Positions 1 through 7,897 of a stretch of DNA of 16,345 nucleotides are shown here, in pieces; the stretch's first letter is position 1, and every line of letters starts with the position of its first letter. The stretch lies in the NCBI GenBank assembly GCA_021200895.1, contig JAJQFX010000088.1, positions 1 to 16,345 on the forward strand, written 5' to 3'. The notes beneath the pieces were generated by a model. The model searched no databases, was not told the DNA's origin, and was given only the letters and a program-made list of their open reading frames with translations. This stretch comes from Clostridiales bacterium (lineage in GTDB: Bacteria > Bacillota > Clostridia > Oscillospirales > Oscillospiraceae). The translations under genes were made by a program, and so were the position numbers.

Positions 1-2000
1 ATGTTGGCGACTTCGGCGGTCAGGTCGGTAAACGCCGCGCTGTCCGCGGTCAGGTAGCCTGCCTCCACGAGGATGGCCGTCACATCGCTGGCCGTCACAA
101 ATCCGGCCACAAGCTTAGTGACCTCCGCCCGGTAGGCGGTCAGGTCATTGACCGTGGCATAGTTGGCGGACAGATACTCAATGGTGGCGTAGCTTGCCAG
201 CATTGTATTGATGTCCGCTACGTCCGCTTGCAACTCTGTGATGGCCGCGCTGTCCGCCGTCAGGTAGCCCGCCTTCACGAGGATGGCATCTACTTCTCCG
301 GCGGTGACATAGCCGGAAAGCAGCTCAGTAATGTTTGCCTGGTAGGCGGTCAGGTCATTGACCGTCGCATAGTTGGCGGACAGATACTCAATGGTGGCGT
401 AGCTTGCCAGCATTGTATTGATGTCCGCTACGTCCGCTTGCAACTCTGTGATGGCCGCGCTGTCCGCCGTCAGGTAGCCCGCCTTCACGAGGATGGCATC
501 TACTTCTCCGGCGGTGACATAGCCGGAAAGCAGCTCAGTAATGTTTGCCTGGTAAGCCGTCAATGTGGCGATTGTGGCGTAGTCTGCCAGCAGGGTGTCA
601 ACGGCTGCTACGGTGATGTAGGCGGCTTCGATTTCGGCAACGGTGGATTGCAGGGTGGCGATGGTAGCAGATGCTGCCGTGAGGTCATTGATGGTGGCAT
701 AGGTCAGCTTTGCATTGTCCGCCGTGAGGTAGCCAAACGCGGCCACCTCCGCCTCCAGGCTGTCCGCCTTGACGTAGAGGGCGGCGATGTCATCCGCTGT
801 GATGTATTTGGCGGTCAGATAGTCCGTGGTGATGGCGGTCGCCACCAGGTTGGTGTACCGTGCAGACAGCGATTCCAGCGCCGTCTGGACGTTCCGGTCA
901 GAGCTGCGCTGAGCATCCGTCAAACTGGCCGAATCCGCCCCAAAGGTCAGGGTGTCGTTGGCCGGGTCAAGGAGGTCAATGTCCATGGCAGTCAGCTCGA
1001 CATACTGATTGATGCCGTGGGGGTCGCTCCGAATCAGCACATAGTCCCCCAGGTTGATGTAGTCATACTCCGCCGACACCAGGGCCAGGTCTACCGCGCT
1101 GACCTCAAAGGAGGACACGGCGGAAGTGACCTGCGCCAGGTAGTTTTTCGCCTTGGTCAGCAGATTGCTGGCCTCCGTCACATCCTCCCAGATGTTGCAG
1201 ACCACGATCCAGCCGTATTCCGCTACGGCGGCTTCGTCGGCGTAATAGATGCTGCCGCCGTTGACGCTGGAGATGGTGAGGTATTCATCTGTCTGGTTGC
1301 CGTCGCTGTCCTCCAGCTTCGCCCCCAGGGGGAGAATGACCGTTGCCAGGTCGGAATACTCCACGTTCTGCGCGATGTCCAGCAGGTTCACCCCGAACTC
1401 CACCGGCTGGGTGGCGGTGGTGCCGTAGCTGGCCAGGTAGTCCAGATACTTGACCCCGTCCACGATGCGCACCCGGAAGTAGCCGCCCAGGCTGTCGTTC
1501 ACCAGTTTGTCGGTCAGGACGGTCAGGGTGCGGTTATACTCGATGCTGCTGCGGGCGATATAGTCGTTGCTGTCCTCCACGGTGACGGTGCCGAGGCGAA
1601 GCTGCTTGCGCTCCTCTACCTGGGCGTTGTGGTTGTCCAGGACAGACTGCAAAAAGTCTGTAGGACTGCCGGAGAACTCGAAGGGCGGGTAATAGGTATC
1701 ATACAGATAGGCCAGCACGCCCTCGCAGGTGAGCGTGCCGGTCTTGTAGAAATCCTCCTGCCGGGTGATGGCCCGGCCCCGCCACAGCTCCACCCCGTCC
1801 CGGTAGACGATGAGTTCATCCGTCAGGCAGACGAAATCCGCCTTCGCCGGGTTTGCGTCCGGGATGGAGATGGACAGCTCCCCCGCCGCGCCCACCTCCA
1901 GCGAGAGGGAAGCGGCGGTGAGGCAGTAGGCGGTGTCGCCGGGGCGGTAGAGGGGGTTTTCCGTTGTTTCATCCTTATGAATAAACTTGATTTCGTACAT
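1..2000 (-). CDS. Tail-associated protein / tail fibre (Tal-like N-terminal domain followed by a 70-aa-repeat fibre region); 3' end runs off the window
   Basis: Absent from the ORF track because there is no stop in the window. Minus-strand ATG at 2000-1998 is preceded by AGGTGA (2010-2005). I translated the frame by hand and it stays open for all 666 codons down to position 3. The product starts MYEIKFIHKDETTENPLYRPGDTAYCLTAASLSLEVG...LIVYRDGVELWRGRAITRQEDFYKTGTLTCEG..., which resembles the N-terminus of siphovirus 'phage minor structural protein / prophage tail endopeptidase' (Tal) proteins. It sits directly after the TMP and Dit genes. Confidence 0.85.
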   Translation of the reverse strand, partial: MYEIKFIHKDETTENPLYRPGDTAYCLTAASLSLEVGAAGELSISIPDANPAKADFVCLTDELIVYRDGVELWRGRAITRQEDFYKTGTLTCEGVLAYLYDTYYPPFEFSGSPTDFLQSVLDNHNAQVEERKQLRLGTVTVEDSNDYIARSSIEYNRTLTVLTDKLVNDSLGGYFRVRIVDGVKYLDYLASYGTTATQPVEFGVNLLDIAQNVEYSDLATVILPLGAKLEDSDGNQTDEYLTISSVNGGSIYYADEAAVAEYGWIVVCNIWEDVTEASNLLTKAKNYLAQVTSAVSSFEVSAVDLALVSAEYDYINLGDYVLIRSDPHGINQYVELTAMDIDLLDPANDTLTFGADSASLTDAQRSSDRNVQTALESLSARYTNLVATAITTDYLTAKYITADDIAALYVKADSLEAEVAAFGYLTADNAKLTYATINDLTAASATIATLQSTVAEIEAAYITVAAVDTLLADYATIATLTAYQANITELLSGYVTAGEVDAILVKAGYLTADSAAITELQADVADINTMLASYATIEYLSANYATVNDLTAYQANITELLSGYVTAGEVDAILVKAGYLTADSAAITELQADVADINTMLASYATIEYLSANYATVNDLTAYRAEVTKLVAGFVTASDVTAILVEAGYLTADSAAFTDLTAEVAN
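131..554. repeat. Tandem direct repeat, 2 x 210 bp (131-340 and 341-550), inside the tail-fibre CDS; a diverged third unit lies at 1-130
   Basis: Base-by-base comparison gives 209/210 identical positions. The single difference is g156 versus c366, which is synonymous on the coding strand (GCC/GCG Ala). Identity continues 4 nt further (341-344 = 551-554). Positions 1-130 align to 211-340 at roughly two-thirds identity. The 210-bp period equals 70 codons, so the repeat is in frame. Confidence 0.95.
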
Positions 2001-2008
2001 ATGATCAC

Positions 2009-2431
2009 CTACAAGGAGGTATTGCCGCTGGCATCCGTTTTGAGCGGATTGCACTTGCACAGGATGGTGATACTCTGACTTGCGCTTGTGTTGGTAAAGC
2101 TGTCAATGGTGCACCTGCCGTTGTACGTCCACTCGGGGTCATCATCAAGGACGATGCCCAGCCGCTGACCGTGGATGGCGGTGGCAATTTCGCTTATCAT
2201 GTCCGCCCACCCCTTTTGCGTCAGTGCCTCTGCGGTCTGAAAAGAAAAGGACAGCTCCCTGTCCTCGTAGACCACAGAGCCGGTCAGGGCCTCCGTCAAA
2301 TCTAACGACCCATTTGCGCCTGGAATATCAATGGTGTTCGTTTTCGGTGCAGGTATTGAAACGTCCTGCGCCTGCAAAACCAGCTTCCAATCATCCCAGC
2401 TGTGATATGAACCGAATTTAACGCCTTTCAT
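2009..2431 (-). CDS. Distal tail protein (Dit)-like, short form (140 aa)
   Basis: ORF track entry. The ATG at 2431 overlaps the TMP stop (ATGA) and has AAGGAG 8 nt upstream. The N-terminus MKGVKFGSYHSWDDWKLVL... resembles siphovirus tail-component (Dit) N-termini. Its position between TMP and Tal is the canonical Dit position. Confidence 0.7.
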   Translation of the reverse strand: MKGVKFGSYHSWDDWKLVLQAQDVSIPAPKTNTIDIPGANGSLDLTEALTGSVVYEDRELSFSFQTAEALTQKGWADMISEIATAIHGQRLGIVLDDDPEWTYNGRCTIDSFTNTSASQSITILCKCNPLKTDASGNTSL

Positions 2432-5259
2432 CGTCCACGCTCCTTTGCCGTTGACAACTTGCCAAGGGCGCTATCCATCGGTTTTGCCAGCCAACCGACC
2501 ACAGCGCCTGTGTCGGTCTTGATTTCCGCTTTGGCGAACTCGGGGAAATATTGCTCCATAAAGCTGACCATGGTTTTCATATAGGGGATAAGTTCATCGC
2601 CGCCGACGCCGGATTCATCGCGGACAATGCCCCGTAAATCATCCAATGCGCCGACGAACTCCGGGCGTTTTTCGCCAACGCCGATAACAGTCGGGCTGGT
2701 AAAAATGCCGCCCTCATCGTACCACTCGATAGAGAACTTCGGCACGGAGGGCGGGCTCAGGCTGAACGAACCGGTAATGCTGAAATGGGGCATTTTCAGC
2801 TTGGGCAGCGACCAGCTGAAGTTGAAGAAGCCCTTGATTTTGTCGATGGCGTTCTTCACGATGGTCTTTGCGCTGTCGAAGATGCTGGTAAACTTGTCCT
2901 TGATGCTGCCCAGCACGTTGCTGACCGTGGTCTTTGCCGCGTTCAGCCCGTTGGAGATGGTGGTTTTCACGCCGTTTACCACATTGCTGACCGTGGTTTT
3001 GATGGCGTTCCACACGCTGCTGAAAGTGGTTTTGATGGCGTTCAGGACGCTTGTGACAGTACCCTTGACCGCATTAAACACGGTTGTGATAACCGATTTG
3101 ATGGCGTTCACCACCGTTGTCACAACAGATTTGATTGCATTGAAAACCGTTGTGAAAACGGTCTTGTATGCGTTCAGCACCGTTGTGAAATAGGTCTTGA
3201 CCGCATTAAACACTGTCTGAATGACCGACTTCACCGCGTTCACCACTGTTGAAACCACGTTTTGAATGGCATTCCAGACGGTGGTAAATGTGCTCTTTAT
3301 CCCTTCCAGTATCGGGGTGAGGAAGGAAACAATGGCGTTCCAAACAGTACTGATCACATTCTGAATTGTGTCCAGTGCGGTCGATACTGCTGACTTGATT
3401 GCTTCCCATGCTGCAAGAATGGTTTCTTTGCAGTTCTCCCAAATAAACTGAAATGGAAGGGTAATCAAATCAAAGGCCGCTGTAATCAGTTCAACGATGA
3501 ACATGATTGCGACCTGAACCACATTCTTGATGGTTTCCCAGGCTGTTGACAGGGCATTTACCAGGGTATTGAAGATGCTGCTGACCGTGTTCCAGAGGCT
3601 TTGAAACCCCGAAACAATATTGTCAAGAACACCTGTGATAAAATTCCATGCCGATTCCAATGCGCCGCTGATACCATCAACCAGGCCACTGAAGAAATTC
3701 TTAATTGCTTCAATCGCCGTTTCAAACGCTTCTTTTGCGGTGCTCAGGGCGCCGCTGATGGCTTCCACCGCTGTGCTGAACGCGCTTTTGATTTTCTCCC
3801 AAATGTTCAGCACTGCATTCCGGAAATCCTCGTTGGTATTCCAAAGGGTGACCAGTGTCGTGATAACGCCAGCAATCAGAGTGACCACAATGGTAACTGG
3901 CCCGCCGAGCATGGAGACAACAGACGATATTCCGGTGATGCCGGAAATGAGGCTCTTTACGTTGCCAACAAGGGTCATTATTTTCGAGCCGATAGAGAAC
4001 CCAATGAGCATGGACACAAGCGGGATGACCACGTCCAGATGCTCTGCAATAAAGCCAATCGCATTGCCGAGCGTTTCGACAACAGGTGCAAGCTCTGCAG
4101 CAAGGTCGCTTATGGTCTCACTGATGGCGTCCATGTCGAGGCTGTCAATAAATTCAGATGCCTCATCAATCAGTTCCTCAAGCACGGGATATATATCTTG
4201 AAACAGCTGTATGCTGAGGTTTTCGGCCTTTGTTTTAAGATCATCCGTTTTCCATCCGAGGGTATCGGTCATCTGAGCGTATGCGTCCTCAGTCGTTCCG
4301 GCCTGTCCCTCCAGTTGTTCCAGATGCTCGTTGAACTCGTCCAAACCCTGGTTGACGATGGAGTTTGCCGCCTTACCGGCCTCTTGTGAACCCCATAGGT
4401 TCATAAACGCCTCTGAATCCTGGCCGCAATTATCGTACAAAATCCCGAGGACATCGCCCAGCGAATAACCGTCCTCCATCAGCTGGCCAAATGATTCGCC
4501 GGTTTCCGCTTGCAGGATTGCCGCCACGTCGCTGCCAGCGTCGCCCAGCTCAGACATCATACTGGACAGATATGTGGTGGATTCCTCAGTAGAAATACCG
4601 GCCTTTGTGGTGCTGATATAGGCCGCCTCAAGATTTTCGAGGGAAACATTGTAGCCGGATGCTGTGGCGATTGCGCGGCCCATGGTGGACGCCAAATCTG
4701 CAACTGTGGTGACACCTAAATTCTGCGTGGTAATCAGCGAATCGCTGATATGATCAACATCGTCTGCCTCCAACCCGTAGGCGTTCATGGCAGTGGTGAG
4801 GACGCTCACAGCGGATTCGGTATCGGTGAAGCCTGCGGTTGCCAGCTTTGCGGACTGCTCGACCACGTCCAGCGCCCCGGCGGTGTCTCCTGTTGCGGAA
4901 ATGACAGAATAGGCAGTCTCCGCCAGTTCGCTCTGCGAGATGCCTAACTCATCGGACATGGAGGCGATTTGGCTGCTCATGTCCTCAATAGACACAGCAG
5001 ATGTGTCTGCGATGGTGCCCAGCTTCGCGATTGAGGTTTCCCACTCTGTTCCGCTAGTAATCGCATCGGATACAATTTTGCTGATTCCGGCAGCGGCAAG
5101 CGCTTTGGATAATGCGCTTGTGAGAGACGATGCAAGCGTTTTCCCAGCTTTTTGCCCGGATTCCGGCACCTCGTCCCCCAGGATTTCCTCCAGTTGCTTT
5201 TTGATACCATCGGCAGACGGAACGATTTGTACATATGCTGTTGCGAGTTCTGTACCCAT
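2428..5259 (-). CDS. Tail tape measure protein (943 aa from ATG 5259)
   Basis: The track ORF is 2428-5280, but its first codon is TTG. I prefer ATG 5259, which has AGAGGTGAG 6 nt upstream and lies 7 nt after the upstream gene's stop. The N-terminal region (LGTIADTSAVSIEDMSSQIASMSDELGISQSELAETAYSVISATGD...) looks like the TP901-type TMP core. The protein also has central hydrophobic segments and a long 11-residue repeat array. Size and position are typical of a TMP. Confidence 0.95.
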   Translation of the reverse strand: MGTELATAYVQIVPSADGIKKQLEEILGDEVPESGQKAGKTLASSLTSALSKALAAAGISKIVSDAITSGTEWETSIAKLGTIADTSAVSIEDMSSQIASMSDELGISQSELAETAYSVISATGDTAGALDVVEQSAKLATAGFTDTESAVSVLTTAMNAYGLEADDVDHISDSLITTQNLGVTTVADLASTMGRAIATASGYNVSLENLEAAYISTTKAGISTEESTTYLSSMMSELGDAGSDVAAILQAETGESFGQLMEDGYSLGDVLGILYDNCGQDSEAFMNLWGSQEAGKAANSIVNQGLDEFNEHLEQLEGQAGTTEDAYAQMTDTLGWKTDDLKTKAENLSIQLFQDIYPVLEELIDEASEFIDSLDMDAISETISDLAAELAPVVETLGNAIGFIAEHLDVVIPLVSMLIGFSIGSKIMTLVGNVKSLISGITGISSVVSMLGGPVTIVVTLIAGVITTLVTLWNTNEDFRNAVLNIWEKIKSAFSTAVEAISGALSTAKEAFETAIEAIKNFFSGLVDGISGALESAWNFITGVLDNIVSGFQSLWNTVSSIFNTLVNALSTAWETIKNVVQVAIMFIVELITAAFDLITLPFQFIWENCKETILAAWEAIKSAVSTALDTIQNVISTVWNAIVSFLTPILEGIKSTFTTVWNAIQNVVSTVVNAVKSVIQTVFNAVKTYFTTVLNAYKTVFTTVFNAIKSVVTTVVNAIKSVITTVFNAVKGTVTSVLNAIKTTFSSVWNAIKTTVSNVVNGVKTTISNGLNAAKTTVSNVLGSIKDKFTSIFDSAKTIVKNAIDKIKGFFNFSWSLPKLKMPHFSITGSFSLSPPSVPKFSIEWYDEGGIFTSPTVIGVGEKRPEFVGALDDLRGIVRDESGVGGDELIPYMKTMVSFMEQYFPEFAKAEIKTDTGAVVGWLAKPMDSALGKLSTAKERGR
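2824..3790 (-). repeat. 33-bp (11-codon) periodic array within the tape measure gene, about 29 units
   Basis: Protein units include TVWNAIQNVVS / TVVNAVKSVIQ / TVFNAVKTYFT / TVLNAYKTVFT / TVFNAIKSVVT / TVVNAIKSVIT / TVFNAVKGTVT / SVLNAIKTTFS / SVWNAIKTTVS. An aromatic or aliphatic residue recurs every 11 positions. The boundaries are approximate. Confidence 0.8.
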
Positions 5260-5266
5260 ATGCCGC

Positions 5267-5653
5267 TCACCTCTTTTCAAATCTTGCTAAAGCCGCGTCC
5301 AGCTCTGCCTTCGTGCGAAAGCCGCACGGTTTACTGCTGTCAGGTTCGACGCCTCTCAATGCATCTACAAGCGATTTCGGGCGATTCCTGTGACGGCGTC
5401 CGTCCTCGCTCTGGAACCAGATAAGGGTTGCCAATCTGTCCGCTATCGTGGCGAGCAACAGTGTATTTGTATCCACCTTCTCACCGCTTAGCTTGCGCCC
5501 AACACGACTATCAGTGCCCAAGCCCAAAGCGAGAGTTGCCGCATAGTGCAGCGGCAACTCTCGGTAGTCGTATATGTGATATGTCTCGGCAAAGTCGCAA
5601 ATCAGTTCCGGCTCCGCCTCGCATATTATTTGGGCAAGGGCAATCAGTTTTTT
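5267..5653 (-). CDS. Tail assembly chaperone, T segment; expressed as a G-T fusion (~220 aa) by -1 frameshift from the G frame
   Basis: This frame is the -1 frame relative to ORF 5644-5928. By hand translation it is open without stops from the slippery site to the TGA at 5269-5267. The track lists only the part from the first start-like codon (5267-5557). It sits between the major tail protein and TMP genes. Confidence 0.75.
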   Translation of the reverse strand, partial: KKLIALAQIICEAEPELICDFAETYHIYDYRELPLHYAATLALGLGTDSRVGRKLSGEKVDTNTLLLATIADRLATLIWFQSEDGRRHRNRPKSLVDALRGVEPDSSKPCGFRTKAELDAALARFEKR

Positions 5654-5928
5654 ACGTCGGCGTTTGCTTTCTGGACGATGTCGAGGATTTCGGCGGCCTC
5701 GCTGATCATGGCGGTAGAGGATACAATCCCATCCTCGTCCCTCAGATGCTCCTCGAGGGCGGGTTCCTGCTTGCCGAGAACCAGCTCGACGAAGTCAACG
5801 GACGCAATCGTCTGTTCCTCTTCGCTCCCCGCTTTCATTTTCTTGAACAGCGTCAGGAACTGCCACGATGTGAGGATTTTCTCGTTCACCGTGAACTCAA
5901 AGCCTGAACTTGTCTTGCCTTTTACCAT
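5644..5928 (-). CDS. Tail assembly chaperone G (94 aa)
   Basis: ORF track entry. ATG 5928 has GGAGGC 6 nt upstream. It is a small acidic protein placed right after the major tail protein gene and ends at the slippery site. Confidence 0.85.
   Translation of the reverse strand: MVKGKTSSGFEFTVNEKILTSWQFLTLFKKMKAGSEEEQTIASVDFVELVLGKQEPALEEHLRDEDGIVSSTAMISEAAEILDIVQKANADVKN
5647..5653 (-). promoter_or_regulatory. Programmed -1 ribosomal frameshift slippery heptamer A_AAA_AAC
   Basis: The minus strand reads GTA AAA AAC TGA in the G frame, and the heptamer A AAA AAC fits X_XXY_YYZ. The zero-frame stop follows immediately (5646-5644), and the -1 frame stays open for a further 126 codons. Confidence 0.75.
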
Positions 5929-5930
5929 TT

Positions 5931-6488
5931 TTAAGCCTCCGCGATGTACTCGTAGTGGGTGTTGCCGTTGGTGTCCTGTGCGCAGGTCAGCGTGATTTCA
6001 TAACCGATGGCGTCGGAACGGGTGTAGGAAATGTCGCCAATCTCTGTGACTTTGGCGTTGGGCAGGACGATGCGCTTTCTGGTTCCGTTGCGCAGAACCA
6101 TGTCGAACGCATAAGCCGCATAAGACAGTTCGTCGCTGTTGGCTTTGATGGTGATTCCGGTGGAAAGGTCGCCGGTGACGTTGTCCTCACCATAGACCAT
6201 TTTGAGGACATTGGCATTTTTGCTCTCGATGAGGGTGAACTGCCAAGTGTCATCTTTAGCGGTCTGGGTGCTCAGAACAGTGGTTCCACCCCAATCCTTG
6301 ATGTCCTCGGATTCGGGGGAGTTGCTGTTGGTGACGCCGTCCTCAGAGATAAAGCCCAGCGAGACAAACGCCTCATCCAGAGCGGTGGTGGCGTCCGTGG
6401 GCAGGGTAGAACCAAGAGGGGCGGTGTAGGCGTAACCGCCGACTTTCGGTGCGCCGGTGGATACATATTCGGTGGTGTTATCTGCCAT
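5931..6488 (-). CDS. Major tail (tube) protein
   Basis: ORF track entry. AAGGAGTGA lies 6 nt upstream of ATG 6488. The N-terminus MADNTTEYVSTGAPKVGGYAYTAPLGSTLPTDATTALDEAFVSLGFISEDG resembles TP901-1/phi13-type major tail proteins. It sits directly upstream of the G/GT chaperones. Confidence 0.9.
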   Translation of the reverse strand: MADNTTEYVSTGAPKVGGYAYTAPLGSTLPTDATTALDEAFVSLGFISEDGVTNSNSPESEDIKDWGGTTVLSTQTAKDDTWQFTLIESKNANVLKMVYGEDNVTGDLSTGITIKANSDELSYAAYAFDMVLRNGTRKRIVLPNAKVTEIGDISYTRSDAIGYEITLTCAQDTNGNTHYEYIAEA

Positions 6489-6501
6489 AAATAATCACTC
6501 C

Positions 6502-6834
6502 TTAATAGTGTACGATGTCAAATACCGCTTGGTAGCGGTACACTTTTGTGGTTGTATCGGTGAAATTGTAGTCTGAATTGAGCCGACACTCGCTCACATC
6601 GTCCAGTGCCTCAATGCCCTGCATTGCCGCAATGACCTTCTCATTGAGGCAGGCCGCCTCATAGAGGGTCGGCGCGATAGATTGCACAGCGATGGTCGAG
6701 TAATAGATATAGTTTGTCTCATAGCCGCCGGTCTTTTCGAGGGCGACGTACTCGCTTTCGCCCTCCGGGACCTCAAGCGACACAGGAACGTCAAGCGTTT
6801 CCTCCAGATAGTCCAGAACGATTTTTTCAATCAT
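6502..6834 (-). CDS. Tail terminator / tail-to-head joining protein (SPP1 gp17 / DUF3168-like)
   Basis: ORF track entry, with an ATGA overlap onto the upstream gene. The sequence pattern MIEKIVLDYLEE...YVALEKTGG...RYQAVFDI and the position immediately upstream of the major tail protein gene support the call. Confidence 0.65.
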   Translation of the reverse strand: MIEKIVLDYLEETLDVPVSLEVPEGESEYVALEKTGGYETNYIYYSTIAVQSIAPTLYEAACLNEKVIAAMQGIEALDDVSECRLNSDYNFTDTTTKVYRYQAVFDIVHY

Positions 6835-7079
6835 TTACTGCGCACCGCCTTTAATAGCGTGTTGTATTTGGCGTTATCCAGCCGCGCTTTGTAGGTATCC
6901 GCATAGACCATGGCGTTGACACGGTTCTTGCCCACATGGGTGTCCGTTTCGTAGCCCTCGCCGCATCTGGATTGAATGTCTTTTGCGTGCTCCTCACAAA
7001 TTGCCATCATTTCAGCAGATTTCAGCAGCTGGTTCCGAACGGATTTGCGGTTCAGCTTAATCTTCAGCTTGCTGGCCAT
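6831..7079 (-). CDS. Neck / tail-completion protein (position-based; family not assigned)
   Basis: The track ORF 6831-7088 begins with TTG directly abutting GAGGG. ATG 7079, which is 9 nt from GAGGG, is the better start. It occupies the SPP1 gp16.1-type slot between the head-closure and tail-terminator genes. Confidence 0.55.
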   Translation of the reverse strand: MASKLKIKLNRKSVRNQLLKSAEMMAICEEHAKDIQSRCGEGYETDTHVGKNRVNAMVYADTYKARLDNAKYNTLLKAVRSK

Positions 7080-7404
7080 ATCGCTCAACCCTCACTTTCG
7101 TGTTCCAGCTTAACGGAATCATGGCGTCAATGCCGCCGATCGGCATTCCGATGGTGTGCCACCGTTCGCCAAAAAATGCAACGTCTTTGTCCTCCCAATC
7201 GTGCGTGTCGCCTTTTGGGATGCCCAGCGTATAAACCGCTTTTCGCCCTGTCAGGTTCAGGATGTCGAGGATTTCCTCCTCGCTTGACGGGGCGACAAGG
7301 ACGTTTTCAACCGTTGTCGCTGTTTCCTCGTAAATCGGCTTGTTGAACGGGTCGGAGCCGGTCTGCGTCCGCTCGTAGAGAACAACGGGGATTCCCTTAA
7401 TCAT
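7057..7404 (-). CDS. Head closure / stopper protein (SPP1 gp16-like head-tail joining family)
   Basis: The track ORF is 7057-7419. I prefer ATG 7404, which overlaps the upstream stop (ATGA) and has GGGAGG 7 nt upstream. The product MIKGIPVVLYERTQTGSDPFNKPIYEE... resembles phage head-closure proteins. Confidence 0.7.
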   Translation of the reverse strand: MIKGIPVVLYERTQTGSDPFNKPIYEETATTVENVLVAPSSEEEILDILNLTGRKAVYTLGIPKGDTHDWEDKDVAFFGERWHTIGMPIGGIDAMIPLSWNTKVRVERYGQQAED

Positions 7405-7769
7405 TCGGACGCCTCCCACGGGCTGGCAAACGTAAGCCGATTGCCGACGCCCAGCAGCCGTTTGTCCAGTTTTGAGAGATATAGCTCGCCGGAGCTGCCT
7501 GCCCCGATGGTGAAGCTCTGGGAATACCCTAACGCGGACATACTGCCCTGGGTGGTGCCAATGGGCATCTGGGCGCTGTCGGAATCCCCCAGCACACGAA
7601 TCACCATGTTGCAGGATACGACCCGTTTGGCATCGTCAGACGCATTGCTGTTGTAGCTGTCAATGATGACTGCCGCGTCCTCCAGCAGTGCCTCGCAGAT
7701 TTCCAGTTCCTCGTCCGAGAGGGTTCTGCGGCATCTGGTCGCGACTTCGTCCGTACTCGCATAAGCCAT
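7401..7769 (-). CDS. Head-tail connector / adaptor protein (gp6-like, SPP1 gp15 slot)
   Basis: ORF track entry. It is the first gene after the capsid gene and has an acidic helical N-terminus (DEELEICEALLEDAAVIID), as in gp6-like head-tail connector proteins. Confidence 0.7.
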   Translation of the reverse strand: MAYASTDEVATRCRRTLSDEELEICEALLEDAAVIIDSYNSNASDDAKRVVSCNMVIRVLGDSDSAQMPIGTTQGSMSALGYSQSFTIGAGSSGELYLSKLDKRLLGVGNRLTFASPWEASE

Positions 7770-7897
7770 GGGTTACACCTTCTTTGTTGGCCGCTTCCTT
7801 CCAGCCGGCTTTGTTTCCTCCACCGGCTGGAACAGGATTGGGTCGAGCTTAACGCTCGATGCTACGATTGTGCCAGTCGCTTTGTAGATGTAACGCA

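Noticed and set aside
1-554. Diversity-generating retroelement (template/variable repeat pair) as an explanation for the 210-bp repeats in the tail fibre
   Set aside because: The two copies are adjacent, in frame and inside the same CDS. They differ at a single G/C position rather than at adenine-specific sites. No reverse transcriptase is present in the window.
228-2078. 616-aa plus-strand ORF, the longest ORF the track lists in the left 2 kb
   Set aside because: Its translation is Gly/Arg/Val-rich with no recognisable domains. It merely mirrors the 70-aa repeat of the opposite strand. The minus strand encodes a convincing Tal/tail-fibre protein with an RBS, an ATG at 2000 and an open frame to the window edge. 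This is an antisense shadow ORF of the kind typical in high-GC DNA.
2824-3790. CRISPR-like regular spacing (33-bp periodicity)
   Set aside because: The periodicity is a protein-level 11-residue repeat inside a continuous ORF. The units are diverged and contiguous, with no conserved repeat and unique spacer structure.
7801-7859. Two hairpins after the capsid gene (CCAGCCGG-N14-CCGGCTGG at 7801-7830; TCGAGC-ttaac-GCTCGA at 7843-7859) as a terminator or attenuator
   Set aside because: Neither is followed by a T-tract in the minus-strand direction, one has a 14-nt loop and the other has only a short 6-bp stem. They could modulate mRNA stability, but I cannot support a terminator call.
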